Of a stretch of DNA of 64,000 bases, positions 1 to 10,064 are shown one piece after another. Origin of the DNA: an uncultured bacterium (GTDB lineage: Bacteria > Fidelibacterota > Marinisomatia > Marinisomatales > UBA1611); contig CALSPG010000005.1 of assembly GCA_943788175.1 (NCBI GenBank), positions 448,001 to 512,000 of the forward strand, read 5' to 3'. Each line of letters opens with the position of its first letter. The stretch's first letter is position 1. The position numbers and the translations under genes are program-made. Under the pieces are notes generated by a model that saw only the letters and a list, made by a program, of their open reading frames with translations, was not told the DNA's origin and did no database searches.

Positions 1-2
1 TT

Positions 3-2000
3 GAATACTGGTCAATAACTGATAAAGATCAGTTTAGTATAGCTGTTCTTAAAGGTCTAATTATGGATGGTGTAAGAAAAGCTAATAGTGGTCACCCTGG
101 GGGGGCTATGAGCTCGGCTGATTTTATTTATTTACTATTTAAAGATTATCTGAAATATAGCCCTCAAAACTCTGAATGGTTTGACAGAGATAGGTTCGTT
201 TTATCAGGCGGACATATGTCGATGTTACAATACGGTATTTTGCATATGGTAGGTTGGATGAAATTATCTGAATTGAAAAAATTTAGACAGCTAGGAAGTC
301 AAACGCCTGGTCATCCAGAAGTAGATATCAAAGGAGTGGAGTGTACCACAGGTCCATTGGGACAAGGTTTTGCAATGGGTGTCGGTATGGCGTTTGCTGA
401 GGCGTATCTAAATGATGTGACGAGTGAGAAGGAAAGCGATCAAAAATTAGTTGACCACTTCACCTATGTTTTAGCTACTGATGGAGATTTGCAAGAGCCT
501 GTTTCATTAGGTGCAGCTGCAATAGCAGGGCACCTAGGGCTTAAAAAACTTGTGGTTTATTATGATGCGAATGATGCTCAAATTTCCGGAAAAGTGTCTA
601 GATCTGATTCTGTTGATTATGCTACTGTATTTGATGGATTAGGTTGGAATGTGCAAACGATCGACGGGCATGATCATAGTGCTATGCACTTTGCTATTGA
701 GACGGCAAAAGTAATGAATAAACCAAGTATCATTATTGGTAATACTGTAATGGCAAAGGGTAGTGCAAATATGGAGCAAGACCACAACACTCATGGGGCG
801 CCATTATCTCAAGATGAAATTGATCTCACAAAAAAGAAGCTTGGATTACCAGATAAAAAGTTTTTTGTCCCTGAGCAGGTGGTTGAGCATTTTCGCACGC
901 GATTTAATGATTTGATTGCCTTAGAAAATGAATGGTCAGATGCCTACAAAAAATTCAGTAAAAATTCTGAACTAAAAAATATTATTGCTAGTACGATATC
1001 TGAGAAAATTATTTCAGAGTTCGATACTCCAGATTTCAGTGCTGGGGAAGTGCTTGCAACGAGAAAAGCTTTTGGAGCAGTATTAGATTCTATTGCTGAT
1101 GATTTCCCTCAACTTGTGGGAGGGTCTGCTGATTTAGAGCCTTCTAATTATACAGGCAATTTTGCTGAAAAATTCGGTGATTTTACTAAGTTAAATCAAT
1201 CTGGAAGGAACATTCCGTTTGGAGTAAGAGAGTTTCCTATGGCAGCTATGATGAATGGCATGGCTCTGCATGGCGGGTTGATACCATTTGGGGGCACATT
1301 TTTGGTATTTGCTGATTACGAGCGTCCGGCACTTAGATTAGCTGCGATCCAAAAAATAAGAGTGATTCATGAATTCACTCACGACTCATTTTATGTTGGA
1401 GAGGACGGGCCAACGCATCAACCAGTTGAGCAGATTATGAGTCTCAGAGCTATCCCAGATTTTTGTGTATATAGACCGGCAGATGCAAAAGAAACTGCAT
1501 CTTGTATGAAACTAGCATTGAAGAATGACTCGATGCCTTCTGCACTGATATTAACCAGACAAGGCGTTCCTATTATTGAGGGGAGTCAAAATCAAGTCGA
1601 TGACAATGTGACCAAGGGCGCTTATACTTTACTTGATTGTTCAGGTAGTCCTGAAATAGTTATCCTTGCTTCTGGTTCAGAAGTAAGCCTAGCTATAGAA
1701 GTTGCAAATAAATTGAATGATAAAAAAATACGAGTAGTAAGTATGCCTTGTTGGGAATTATTTGATATGCAACCTAACGAGTATAAGGAAAAATTGATTC
1801 CCAAAAGAGGAAGTTTGAAAGTCTCAATTGAAGCAGGTGTCACACAGGGTTGGGAAAAATATATTGGTAGGTATGGACTTTCAATAGGGATCAATCAATT
1901 TGGAAGTTCTGCTCCTGCGGCGGATCTAGCGGAAAAATTTGGTTTTACTTGTGATAAAGTAATTGAAAAAATTAATAAATCCTTAGGTAGTTTATTATGA
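3..2000 (+). CDS. tkt: Transketolase (5' end lies upstream of the window)
   Basis: SGHPGG, DRDRFVLSGGH, TTGPLGQG, TDGDLQE and THDSFYVGEDGPTHQP motifs. The frame is open from nt 3 (EYWSITDKDQFSIAVLKGLIM...), so the true start precedes the window. Confidence 0.97.
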   Translation, partial: EYWSITDKDQFSIAVLKGLIMDGVRKANSGHPGGAMSSADFIYLLFKDYLKYSPQNSEWFDRDRFVLSGGHMSMLQYGILHMVGWMKLSELKKFRQLGSQTPGHPEVDIKGVECTTGPLGQGFAMGVGMAFAEAYLNDVTSEKESDQKLVDHFTYVLATDGDLQEPVSLGAAAIAGHLGLKKLVVYYDANDAQISGKVSRSDSVDYATVFDGLGWNVQTIDGHDHSAMHFAIETAKVMNKPSIIIGNTVMAKGSANMEQDHNTHGAPLSQDEIDLTKKKLGLPDKKFFVPEQVVEHFRTRFNDLIALENEWSDAYKKFSKNSELKNIIASTISEKIISEFDTPDFSAGEVLATRKAFGAVLDSIADDFPQLVGGSADLEPSNYTGNFAEKFGDFTKLNQSGRNIPFGVREFPMAAMMNGMALHGGLIPFGGTFLVFADYERPALRLAAIQKIRVIHEFTHDSFYVGEDGPTHQPVEQIMSLRAIPDFCVYRPADAKETASCMKLALKNDSMPSALILTRQGVPIIEGSQNQVDDNVTKGAYTLLDCSGSPEIVILASGSEVSLAIEVANKLNDKKIRVVSMPCWELFDMQPNEYKEKLIPKRGSLKVSIEAGVTQGWEKYIGRYGLSIGINQFGSSAPAADLAEKFGFTCDKVIEKINKSLGSLL

Positions 2001-2437
2001 TTATTCATCTGGCGACTGATCATGCTGGATTAGATCTAAAAGATAAAATCAAAATATATCTTTCTAAAATGAATCACAAAGTAATTGATCATGGTGCTTA
2101 TGAGTATGATGCGCTCGATGATTATCCTGATTTTATTTTTCCATGTGCTTTGGCAGTCTCGAAAGATAAGAATAGTAAAGGAATCATTCTAGGTGGTTCA
2201 GGGCAAGGTGAGGCAATGGCTGCAAACAGGGTAAAAGGCGTAAGGGCTGCAGTTTTTTATAATGGTCCAGATGATATAATTAAACTTTCCCGGCAACATA
2301 ATGATGCAAATATATTATCATTGGGCGCAAGATTTATGACGGAGAAAGAAATGTATAAGATAATAAAAGTTTGGTTGTCTATAGATTTTGAAGGTGGAAG
2401 ACACCAAAGAAGAATAGAAAAATTAGATGAGCGCTAA
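1997..2437 (+). CDS. rpiB: Ribose-5-phosphate isomerase B (RpiB/LacA/LacB family)
   Basis: TDHAG, DDYPD, GGSGQGEAMAAN, RQHNDAN, FEGGRHQRR; ATGA overlap with tkt. Confidence 0.93.
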   Translation: MIIHLATDHAGLDLKDKIKIYLSKMNHKVIDHGAYEYDALDDYPDFIFPCALAVSKDKNSKGIILGGSGQGEAMAANRVKGVRAAVFYNGPDDIIKLSRQHNDANILSLGARFMTEKEMYKIIKVWLSIDFEGGRHQRRIEKLDER

Positions 2438-3022
2438 TTAAGCTTCAGGCAGATTATTTTCACTGTTTTGGATGTCTTGGGACAGTACTTTATCAAACAA
2501 ATCGTGTACATAAAATAAACGTTTCATTTCGTTTTCTAATAGAAGAATATTTCTTTTTATATCAATCGGAAGGGATATCCCTGCTAAAAATTGAAAAGAA
2601 ATTTCTTTATCCATATTAAGCTCAAAGTCTTTTTCTTTGCCAATCTTTATAAGCAACTCAAGATATTTGTTTTGAACGGACTTTAATAAACTCCCCTGTT
2701 CAGTCACAGGGTTTTGCAGATATTCAATATTACCAATCCAAAGATTATCTTTTTTTATTTTATCTAGTATTTGAAAACATTTTTTTCCAGTGGCTATTAA
2801 ATCATATTCACCAGTTTCATAATGTTTAATTACTTTGGTTACGTTTAAAGTACAGCCTATGGTATCAACAGATCCTTTATTGTTTGAGACAATTCCAAAA
2901 GGACTGTTGTTCGCAATCGAATTAGAAATCATTTTTTTATATCTGTCTTCAAAAATATGAAGTGGCACTTTCTCAAACGGTAAAACGATCATATTTAAAG
3001 GGAATAGCGGGATTTTTGTCAT
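2438..3022 (-). CDS. Stand-alone LON peptidase substrate-binding domain protein
   Basis: IPLFPL-x-VLP-x-PLHIFEDRY N-terminus; no ATPase or protease domain. Confidence 0.85.
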   Translation of the reverse strand: MTKIPLFPLNMIVLPFEKVPLHIFEDRYKKMISNSIANNSPFGIVSNNKGSVDTIGCTLNVTKVIKHYETGEYDLIATGKKCFQILDKIKKDNLWIGNIEYLQNPVTEQGSLLKSVQNKYLELLIKIGKEKDFELNMDKEISFQFLAGISLPIDIKRNILLLENEMKRLFYVHDLFDKVLSQDIQNSENNLPEA

Positions 3023-3167
3023 ATTATTATTTATTGTTAAGTATTTAACAGTTCGAATATATTTGTTATCCGTAATAAGCGTAAAATATTTTTTTAGAAA
3101 ATATTAATACTAAAATTGAAAATTAATCATTATTTAAAAACATTTAAAAAAACTTCAAAGAACTAGT

Positions 3168-4580
3168 TTGTTAGGGTTTTCCAATATATCCTTAAGCAAT
3201 TTTCTATTTTGGGCTACCCAAAAAAAGTGGTTCCTTTATGCATTAGGTTTGGGGGTATTATTATTATCTCTTCCAACGCCCCACGATCTTCAGATTAAAG
3301 CTAAGATTTCAATAATAATATTAATTGTATCTTTGATATTGATAATTAAAGAGCCAATACCATTACCAGCTGTGGCAATTTTTATACTCATTGCGCAAAT
3401 TTATGGAGGAGTTGATACGGTTGATGGTATATCAAAGTCATTTATGAGCGATGCTGTCTTTTTTATAATGGGCTCACTTATGCTTGCAGTTGTAATAATT
3501 AAACAAGGTTGGGATTCACGCATAGCTTTGGGTATTCTTAAATTTACTGGAAATAAAACTGCTGGCATTGCTTTAGGGTTTTTATCTATTTCTGCAGTGC
3601 TATCTTCTTTTATTGGCGAGCATACGGTAGCAGCAATTATGTTACCAATCGGAATGACACTTATTCGATTTACTTCAGCTAATCCCTCTAAAGTAAAAAA
3701 TTTATCGGCCGTCATTCTTTTTTCTATTGCTTATGGATGCTTAATTGGTTCCGTTGGAACTCCTTCTGGAGGTGGAAGAAATGTGATTATGATTAATTAC
3801 TTAAATCAAGCAGGTATCTCTATTTCGTATTTTGAATGGATGTTGAGAGTATACCCCTTTATTTTTATACAAATCCCAATAGTTAGTTGGATCATTATGA
3901 AAACATTTAAACCCGAGCATAGAATTCTTGATAGTAGCGTAAGAAAATTAGTAATAAAAGTTGCCAGATCTAGAGCTATTACCGGACGTAATACATTAAC
4001 CGTATTGATTTTTATTCTTATATTATCAGGTTGGGTGTTTTTTAGTGAAAAATTTGGGCTTGGAACCATAGCTCTCACGGGTGTTTTCCTCTATTTGTTA
4101 GGCGGATTTGTAAAGTGGAGCGATTTAAATAAACATACACATTGGGGCGTAATCATTCTTTTTGGCGCAACGATCTCGCTTGGTACGAGTATCAGCAAAA
4201 CAGGTGGAGCAATGTGGCTTGCCGATCAGTTAGTTTATTTTTTGGGAACTTTTATGGAAACAATCCCATTTTTTAGGGAGTTTGTTATTATAGTAGTTAC
4301 TACAGGTATGTCAAATGTTCTATCAAGCTCTGCAACCGTAGCAGTTCTTGGACCCATAAATTTGAATTTGGTTCCTGAAATATTAAATATAGGATTATTG
4401 ACAGCAATGTCGTCTGCTTTTAGTTATTTCACTGCGGTTGCCGCACCTGCTTGTACGATTGTTTATTCAAGTGGTATGATTAGAGCAAAAGATTTTATAA
4501 AAATTGGTTTTAGGGTTGGGGTGGTATCAATATTGCTATTAATAGCTTATGTAAATATCTACTGGCCACTGTTTACTTAG
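3168..4580 (+). CDS. SLC13/DASS family sodium-coupled anion (di/tricarboxylate or sulfate) symporter
   Basis: About 13 hydrophobic segments; EPIPLP, GTPSGGGRN, SNVLSSSATVA motifs. Confidence 0.85.
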   Translation: MLGFSNISLSNFLFWATQKKWFLYALGLGVLLLSLPTPHDLQIKAKISIIILIVSLILIIKEPIPLPAVAIFILIAQIYGGVDTVDGISKSFMSDAVFFIMGSLMLAVVIIKQGWDSRIALGILKFTGNKTAGIALGFLSISAVLSSFIGEHTVAAIMLPIGMTLIRFTSANPSKVKNLSAVILFSIAYGCLIGSVGTPSGGGRNVIMINYLNQAGISISYFEWMLRVYPFIFIQIPIVSWIIMKTFKPEHRILDSSVRKLVIKVARSRAITGRNTLTVLIFILILSGWVFFSEKFGLGTIALTGVFLYLLGGFVKWSDLNKHTHWGVIILFGATISLGTSISKTGGAMWLADQLVYFLGTFMETIPFFREFVIIVVTTGMSNVLSSSATVAVLGPINLNLVPEILNIGLLTAMSSAFSYFTAVAAPACTIVYSSGMIRAKDFIKIGFRVGVVSILLLIAYVNIYWPLFT

Positions 4581-4600
4581 TAGAATAATAAGGTGGATAT

Positions 4601-5485
4601 ATGAAAATATTAATTGCCATTGGAAGTAAAGATTTTTCAACGCCAACTCTTCGGCTGGGCATGAAAGTTGCCCAGGCTTTTCATGCTAAGACTACAATTA
4701 TTGATGTCGGCGAAAAAATTAGTGAATTTAGTTCTCATCTTGTTGAGCTTGCACATGACCAAATGGAATCTTGGGATTTTGACCCACCTGGTGTGGACGT
4801 ACTTGAGTGGGCGTTTAATTATCTTTCTGATAATAAATTGATTGATGCTAAACAAATAGAGATAGGCTTCCCTAGAAGTAGGTTAATTGATGATGGAGAA
4901 GATAGAAAACTTGTATACTTGCCAGGTACAGTTTGTGAAAATGTGAATCTAATCTTGAGGAACGGTGATATCGTTGCTGAACTTAGAGATGAGGTTCAGG
5001 TTGGTAAGTATGATGTTACTATTCTAGGGAAAAGTAGAAAAAGAAATATGTCTCACGATTTATTACAATACATAAATAGCTCTATTTTTGTTGTAAATAA
5101 TTATGATGATCAAAAATTTGATAAAATTTTGTTGCCCTTAAATGAAGCAAGTGGGATGATGAAAGTAGCAAAATATGCAATTCGAGTCGCTCTAGCGCTC
5201 AAAATTGAAATTGAAATTTTAACAGTATTGGAGAATAAAAGTTCAAATCAAATAAAATCATACAATTATAATAAAGTTGTCAAATTAATAAGAAGGTCTG
5301 GTGTTCAATACGCGATTGAAGAAAAAGAAGGAGTCGTCGCAGAGCAAATTATTAAAAAAGCTGATAAAAATAAAATAATTGTAATGAAAGCATCAAGCAT
5401 GAGTCCGATAAAAAGGTATTTCAAAGGTAGCATTCCTTTATCAGTAATGAACGCGTGTGATGTGCCTATTTTAATTGTTAAATAA
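4601..5485 (+). CDS. Universal stress protein (tandem USP domains)
   Basis: MKILIA start, second KILLPL strand, C-terminal YFKGSIPLSVMNACDVPILIVK. Confidence 0.8.
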   Translation: MKILIAIGSKDFSTPTLRLGMKVAQAFHAKTTIIDVGEKISEFSSHLVELAHDQMESWDFDPPGVDVLEWAFNYLSDNKLIDAKQIEIGFPRSRLIDDGEDRKLVYLPGTVCENVNLILRNGDIVAELRDEVQVGKYDVTILGKSRKRNMSHDLLQYINSSIFVVNNYDDQKFDKILLPLNEASGMMKVAKYAIRVALALKIEIEILTVLENKSSNQIKSYNYNKVVKLIRRSGVQYAIEEKEGVVAEQIIKKADKNKIIVMKASSMSPIKRYFKGSIPLSVMNACDVPILIVK

Positions 5486-5550
5486 TTACCAAAGTATGAG
5501 TTTAATAGTATTTATATAATTAAGTTTAAAAATAGATAAGGAATCATATT

Positions 5551-6783
5551 ATGTCATCAAGTACAAACCCAACTGATGCAGCTTATAAGAGCGCAGTAGA
5601 GAAATTAGGTCTTAAGTCAAATATCGCTAGAGCACTGGAAATCCCAGATAGAGAGTTAAAAGTTGAGATACCCTTCAGAAAAGACAATGGTGAGATTGAT
5701 AGTGTTGTAGGCTACAGGGTTCAACATAATAATACTAGAGGTCCATTTAAAGGCGGAATAAGGTATCACCAGCATGTAGATATTGAAGAAGTTAGATCGT
5801 TGGCAACATTAATGACTTGGAAAACCTCTCTGGTCGATATTCCTTATGGTGGTGGAAAAGGGGGGATTGAGATAGACCCAAGTCGCTACAGCAAAACAGA
5901 GCTTGAAAGAATTTCAAGAAAATTTTTCCGTGCAATAGATCCTATTATTGGTGTGAATATTGATATTCCTGCTCCTGATGTCAATACTAATGCACAAGTA
6001 ATGAGTTGGTTCATGGATGAGTATAGTCAAACTCATGGTTATACGCCTGGAATTGTCACTGGCAAACCATTAGAACTTGGTGGTTCAGAGGGGCGAGAGG
6101 CTGCAACTGGCAGAGGTACTGCAATCATTACTCGCGAAGCAGCTGAAAAATGGAATATAAATTTAAAAGGAGCTAAAGTAGTTATTCAAGGTTTCGGTAA
6201 TGTTGGTTCTTACGCTGCAAAATTTTTACATGAATACGGTTGCAAGATTATAGGCGTTAGTGATATCAGCGGTGGACTATATGATCCTGAAGGATTTGAT
6301 TTAGATGCTTTATTTGATTACAACTATAAGAACAGAACAATCGATGGATACCAACAAGGGAAAAAGATTACAAATGAACAATTGTTAGCATTAGAATGTG
6401 ATTTTTTAATTCCAGCCGCTCTGGGTAGTGCAATCACTGATAAAAATGTAGATTCATTGAACTGTAAAATTATAATTGAAGCAGCTAATGGACCAGTAAC
6501 TGGAGAAGCTGCTGATAAATTATGGGAAAAGAAAATTGCAATTATTCCAGATATTTTAACAAATGCTGGTGGTGTTACTGTATCTTATTTTGAATGGGTA
6601 CAAAACTTGCAACAGTTTAAATGGCCAGAAAAAGAAATCAATGAAAAGCTTGAACAAAAAATGGTAAGTGCATTTAATGAAGTTTATTCAATAAGAGAAA
6701 GCAAAAAGGTTCCGATGCGTATTGCTTCATTTATGGTCGCGATAGATCGTGTTAGTACGGCTTATAATTTGCGAGAAGGATAG
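5551..6783 (+). CDS. gdhA: Glu/Leu/Phe/Val dehydrogenase, likely glutamate dehydrogenase
   Basis: GPFKGGIRY, MTWK, GGGKGG, PAPDVNT, GFGNVG, NAGGVTVSYFEWVQN. Confidence 0.93.
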   Translation: MSSSTNPTDAAYKSAVEKLGLKSNIARALEIPDRELKVEIPFRKDNGEIDSVVGYRVQHNNTRGPFKGGIRYHQHVDIEEVRSLATLMTWKTSLVDIPYGGGKGGIEIDPSRYSKTELERISRKFFRAIDPIIGVNIDIPAPDVNTNAQVMSWFMDEYSQTHGYTPGIVTGKPLELGGSEGREAATGRGTAIITREAAEKWNINLKGAKVVIQGFGNVGSYAAKFLHEYGCKIIGVSDISGGLYDPEGFDLDALFDYNYKNRTIDGYQQGKKITNEQLLALECDFLIPAALGSAITDKNVDSLNCKIIIEAANGPVTGEAADKLWEKKIAIIPDILTNAGGVTVSYFEWVQNLQQFKWPEKEINEKLEQKMVSAFNEVYSIRESKKVPMRIASFMVAIDRVSTAYNLREG

Positions 6784-6845
6784 TTTTGTAAAGATTGAAT
6801 ATAAATTTTAAATTAATTTTTTAGATAAACAGAAAGAGGAAAAAA

Positions 6846-7643
6846 ATGGAATTAATTCATCCTATTTTTAAATGGTTACATGTAGTCGCAGGTATAATGT
6901 GGATTGGGCTGCTGTATTTTTTTAATTTTGTCAACACAGCTTTTGCCCCAACGATGGACGCGGATACAAAAAAGAAGGTTGTTCCTGAATTAATGCCGAG
7001 GACTCTGTATTGGTTTCGAATGGGTGCGGCTTGGACATGGGGTACGGGAATAGTATTGCTCTACGTAATCTATTGGGCTGGAGGTATGATGCCAACGGAT
7101 TTTACTTCAAATGATGTAACTGGTGAATCAGCAAATATGGCCATCCATTTTCTTTTATTATTTACCTTTGCAGCTGTTTTCCTATACGATGCTCTTTACA
7201 AAAGTCCTCTAGCATCAAATGTAAGAGGAGTTACAGTTGTGAGTTTTATTCTTATTACTGCTTATGTTTATGCAATGCAAACATTGGGTGGTTTTGAATA
7301 TAGAGCAGTTAACATTCATCTAGGTGCTATGTTTGGAACGATTATGGCGTTTAATGTTTGGTTCAGAATTTGGCCTGCTCAGCAAAAAATTATAACTGCA
7401 ATAAAAAACGGTGATGCGCCTGATGCTAGCCTGCTAGCTTTAGCTGGGTTAAGGTCTAAGCATAATACGTATATGTCAGTACCTCTTGTTTGGACTATGC
7501 ATAATCAGCATCATGTTACTGCACCTACTGCTCTAGGTATACCTGCAGAGTTTTCATGGGTATTACCAATGGTGATGGTCATCGTTGGCTGGCATCTTGT
7601 TTTTCAACTTTATAAAAAATCAGGTACTATTAAGGGCTTTTAG
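6846..7643 (+). CDS. PuuD-like (DUF989) integral membrane protein without cytochrome c domain
   Basis: KWLHVVAGIMWIGLLYFFN, GTIMAFNVWFRIWPAQ, RSKHNTYMSVP; no CxxCH. Confidence 0.78.
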   Translation: MELIHPIFKWLHVVAGIMWIGLLYFFNFVNTAFAPTMDADTKKKVVPELMPRTLYWFRMGAAWTWGTGIVLLYVIYWAGGMMPTDFTSNDVTGESANMAIHFLLLFTFAAVFLYDALYKSPLASNVRGVTVVSFILITAYVYAMQTLGGFEYRAVNIHLGAMFGTIMAFNVWFRIWPAQQKIITAIKNGDAPDASLLALAGLRSKHNTYMSVPLVWTMHNQHHVTAPTALGIPAEFSWVLPMVMVIVGWHLVFQLYKKSGTIKGF

Positions 7644-7668
7644 CGTTTAGTAGATATTTAATATTATT

Positions 7669-7702
7669 AATAAAAAGCCCCATAAATTTGGGGTTTTTTA
7701 TT
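7669..7702 (+). terminator. Rho-independent terminator after the puuD-like gene
   Basis: aataaaaagcccca-taaatt-tggggttttttatt hairpin with T tract. Confidence 0.75.
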
Positions 7703-8540
7703 GCTCTTAATTGATTCCAAATTGAAAAGACAAAAAGCTATAGCGCTCTTATTACTTGCAGGTGCTTTGTGGTCGCTTGGAGGTCTACTTATTAAAAGTA
7801 TACCCTGGCATCCCCTTGCCATATCCGGGATGAGAGGTGGGATTGCTGCTCTAGTTATATTTACATATTCAAGGAAAAGTATATTAATTATCACTAAGGA
7901 TAAAATTGTAGCTGCTTGCTTTTATACTTTAGTTGTGACTTTTTTCGTTATGGCAAATAAACTTACGACAGCTGGAAATGCAATATTATTACAATATACA
8001 GCTCCAGTTTATGTTGCTCTTTTTGGATATATGGTGTTAGGTGAAAAATCAAAATTCATAGACTGGGCAACCATTGCTATAATGCTTTCTGGCTTGGCAC
8101 TCTTTTTTTTTGATGAGCTTTCATCCGAAGGATTCTTGGGAAATATTTTGGCTATTTTGTCGGGGATGTGTTTTGCGGGTTTAACGCTATTACTAAGAAA
8201 ACAAAAAAACGACTCTCCTTCAGACTCTATTTTATTGGGCAATATTTTTACTTTCCTTATTGGGTTACCGATTATAATTACAGATACTAAATTTGATTTT
8301 GAGCCTCTTCTGCTCATACTTATTCTTGGCATTTTTCAATTAGGGATACCTTACATTTTTTACACGACAGCGATTAAGCATGTTACTGCCTTGGATGCAA
8401 TTATTTTCCCTGTTATAGAACCGATATTAAATCCAATATTAGTTTTTCTAATTTTAGGCGAGACATTGGGTCCTTGGTCTTTTTTTGGTGGAACACTTGT
8501 ACTTGGCAGTGTAGTTTTGAGGGCGATACTGAAAAAATAA
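7701..8540 (+). CDS. EamA/DMT family transporter (start possibly the TTG at 7722)
   Basis: About 10 TM segments; TTAGNAILLQYTAP and IEPILNP. Confidence 0.9.
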   Translation: MLLIDSKLKRQKAIALLLLAGALWSLGGLLIKSIPWHPLAISGMRGGIAALVIFTYSRKSILIITKDKIVAACFYTLVVTFFVMANKLTTAGNAILLQYTAPVYVALFGYMVLGEKSKFIDWATIAIMLSGLALFFFDELSSEGFLGNILAILSGMCFAGLTLLLRKQKNDSPSDSILLGNIFTFLIGLPIIITDTKFDFEPLLLILILGIFQLGIPYIFYTTAIKHVTALDAIIFPVIEPILNPILVFLILGETLGPWSFFGGTLVLGSVVLRAILKK

Positions 8541-8565
8541 AAAAGGCTCCAGTTGGAGCCTTTTT
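8539..8565. terminator. Bidirectional terminator between the convergent EamA and peroxiredoxin genes
   Basis: aaaaaggctcc-agtt-ggagccttttt. Confidence 0.85.
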
Positions 8566-8614
8566 AGATAAGTAAGTGTGTAAAAATTCATTACACTAAC
8601 AAATTAAAAAAATA

Positions 8615-9076
8615 TTAAAGTTCTTTTAACTTACTTTTTACTTCTTCGTAGTTTGGTTCTTCTCCTGGGCTAGGTGCAATCCATTTATACATTATTGTTC
8701 CATTCTTAATAATGAAGACTGCTCTATTAGCACAAGTATAGCCTTCGATACCGCCAAGGCCTTCAAAAACCACGTCATAAGACTTAATAACAGATCTATC
8801 AAAGTCTGATAACAAATCAAATTCAAGGTTGTACTTGCTTGCAAAGCTACCATTTGCCCATGGTGAATCAACACTAATACCTAGGACGGTTGCATCTAGG
8901 TCATTAAAAGACTTTAGGTCCTCCTGAAATGTACACATCTCAGTATCACATACTCCTGTAAAAGCTCCAGGATAAAATGCTAAAACCACAGCACCATTAT
9001 AGTCAGCTAAAGATACATCTTCTTTACTTGTATTCTTAAGTGTGAAATCAGGTGCTTTTTCATTTACTTCAATCAT
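8615..9076 (-). CDS. Peroxiredoxin (AhpC/TSA family, AhpE/BCP-like)
   Basis: FYPGAFTGVCDTEMC (PxxxTxxC), GISVDS, RAVFII. Confidence 0.92.
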   Translation of the reverse strand: MIEVNEKAPDFTLKNTSKEDVSLADYNGAVVLAFYPGAFTGVCDTEMCTFQEDLKSFNDLDATVLGISVDSPWANGSFASKYNLEFDLLSDFDRSVIKSYDVVFEGLGGIEGYTCANRAVFIIKNGTIMYKWIAPSPGEEPNYEEVKSKLKEL

Positions 9077-9163
9077 TTTTTTTCCCTTTTTGTATTAAAA
9101 TTATTATTTCAATTTACCCACATTAGATTAAAAATCATTTATAAAAAAATGAAATAAGTTTTG

Positions 9164-9186
9164 TAAATAGTAATCATTCCTATTTA
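9164..9186. promoter_or_regulatory. Fur/PerR-type operator palindrome
   Basis: TAAATAGTAAT-C-ATTCCTATTTA, an 11-1-11 inverted repeat with one mismatch, between divergent prx and perR. Confidence 0.65.
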
Positions 9187-9195
9187 ATTTTATAT

Positions 9196-9564
9196 ATGAG
9201 ATATAGCTACCAAAGAGAACTTATTAAAGATATTGTTCGCTCATCTAAAACGCATCCAAATGCTGAATGGGTATTTTGTGAAGCAAAAAAGAAAGTAGAA
9301 AATATAAGTTTAGGAACAGTATACAGAAATCTCAAGATTTTAGAAAATACGGGTAAAATCAAATCAATTCATGATGATAATCAAGTTAGATATGATGGAA
9401 ATATTGAAGACCATCATCATTTAAAATGTGTTGAATGCGGTGCCTTAATTGATACGGATATACAATCGAATTTTGACAGGAAAAAAATAATGGATGATTA
9501 TGATTTTGAACCTAACGAAGTAAAATTTTTCATACTTGGAAAATGTAAAAAACACACTAAATAA
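9196..9564 (+). CDS. perR: Fur-family repressor, PerR-like
   Basis: HPNAE, SLGTVYRNL, RYDG, HHHLKCVECG, Asp in LIDTD; heads a rubrerythrin operon. Confidence 0.8.
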   Translation: MRYSYQRELIKDIVRSSKTHPNAEWVFCEAKKKVENISLGTVYRNLKILENTGKIKSIHDDNQVRYDGNIEDHHHLKCVECGALIDTDIQSNFDRKKIMDDYDFEPNEVKFFILGKCKKHTK

Positions 9565-9576
9565 AAGGAGTTACGA

Positions 9577-9996
9577 ATGAGCTTAGACGGAACTAAAACA
9601 CATGAGAATCTAAAATCTGCGTTTGCTGGAGAATCGCAAGCGAATAGAAGATATCTATATTTTGCTAGAGCGGCTGATATTGAAGGTCTTCCAGAAGCTG
9701 CAGGGGTATTTAAAAATACTGCAGATGGTGAAACAGGACATGCTTTTGGTCATCTTGAATTTTTAGAAAAAGGCGGTGCTGGTGATCCAGCTACTGGCTT
9801 GAGCATCGGGGAGACTGAGGACAACCTTAAAGCTGCAGTCGCAGGAGAAACATATGAGTATACAGAAATGTATCCTGGTTTTGCTGCTACAGCTAGGGAA
9901 GAAGGTTTTGACGATATTGCTGAATGGTTTGAAACTTTAGCTCGTGCTGAAAAATCGCATGCAGGTAAATTTCAAGAAACCTTAGACTCACTGTAA
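9577..9996 (+). CDS. rbr: Short rubrerythrin (no rubredoxin domain)
   Basis: [33 protein letters not shown] di-iron ligands. Confidence 0.93.
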   Translation: MSLDGTKTHENLKSAFAGESQANRRYLYFARAADIEGLPEAAGVFKNTADGETGHAFGHLEFLEKGGAGDPATGLSIGETEDNLKAAVAGETYEYTEMYPGFAATAREEGFDDIAEWFETLARAEKSHAGKFQETLDSL

Positions 9997-10003
9997 AAAA
10001 ATA

Positions 10004-10037
10004 TGCATCAATGGGTTGTAAAATTCTCATTGATGCA
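10004..10037 (+). other. Intercistronic stem-loop after rubrerythrin
   Basis: Perfect 10-bp stem tgcatcaatg/cattgatgca followed by a T-rich run. Confidence 0.6.
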
Positions 10038-10064
10038 ATTTTTCTTTAAAAAGATACAAATATT

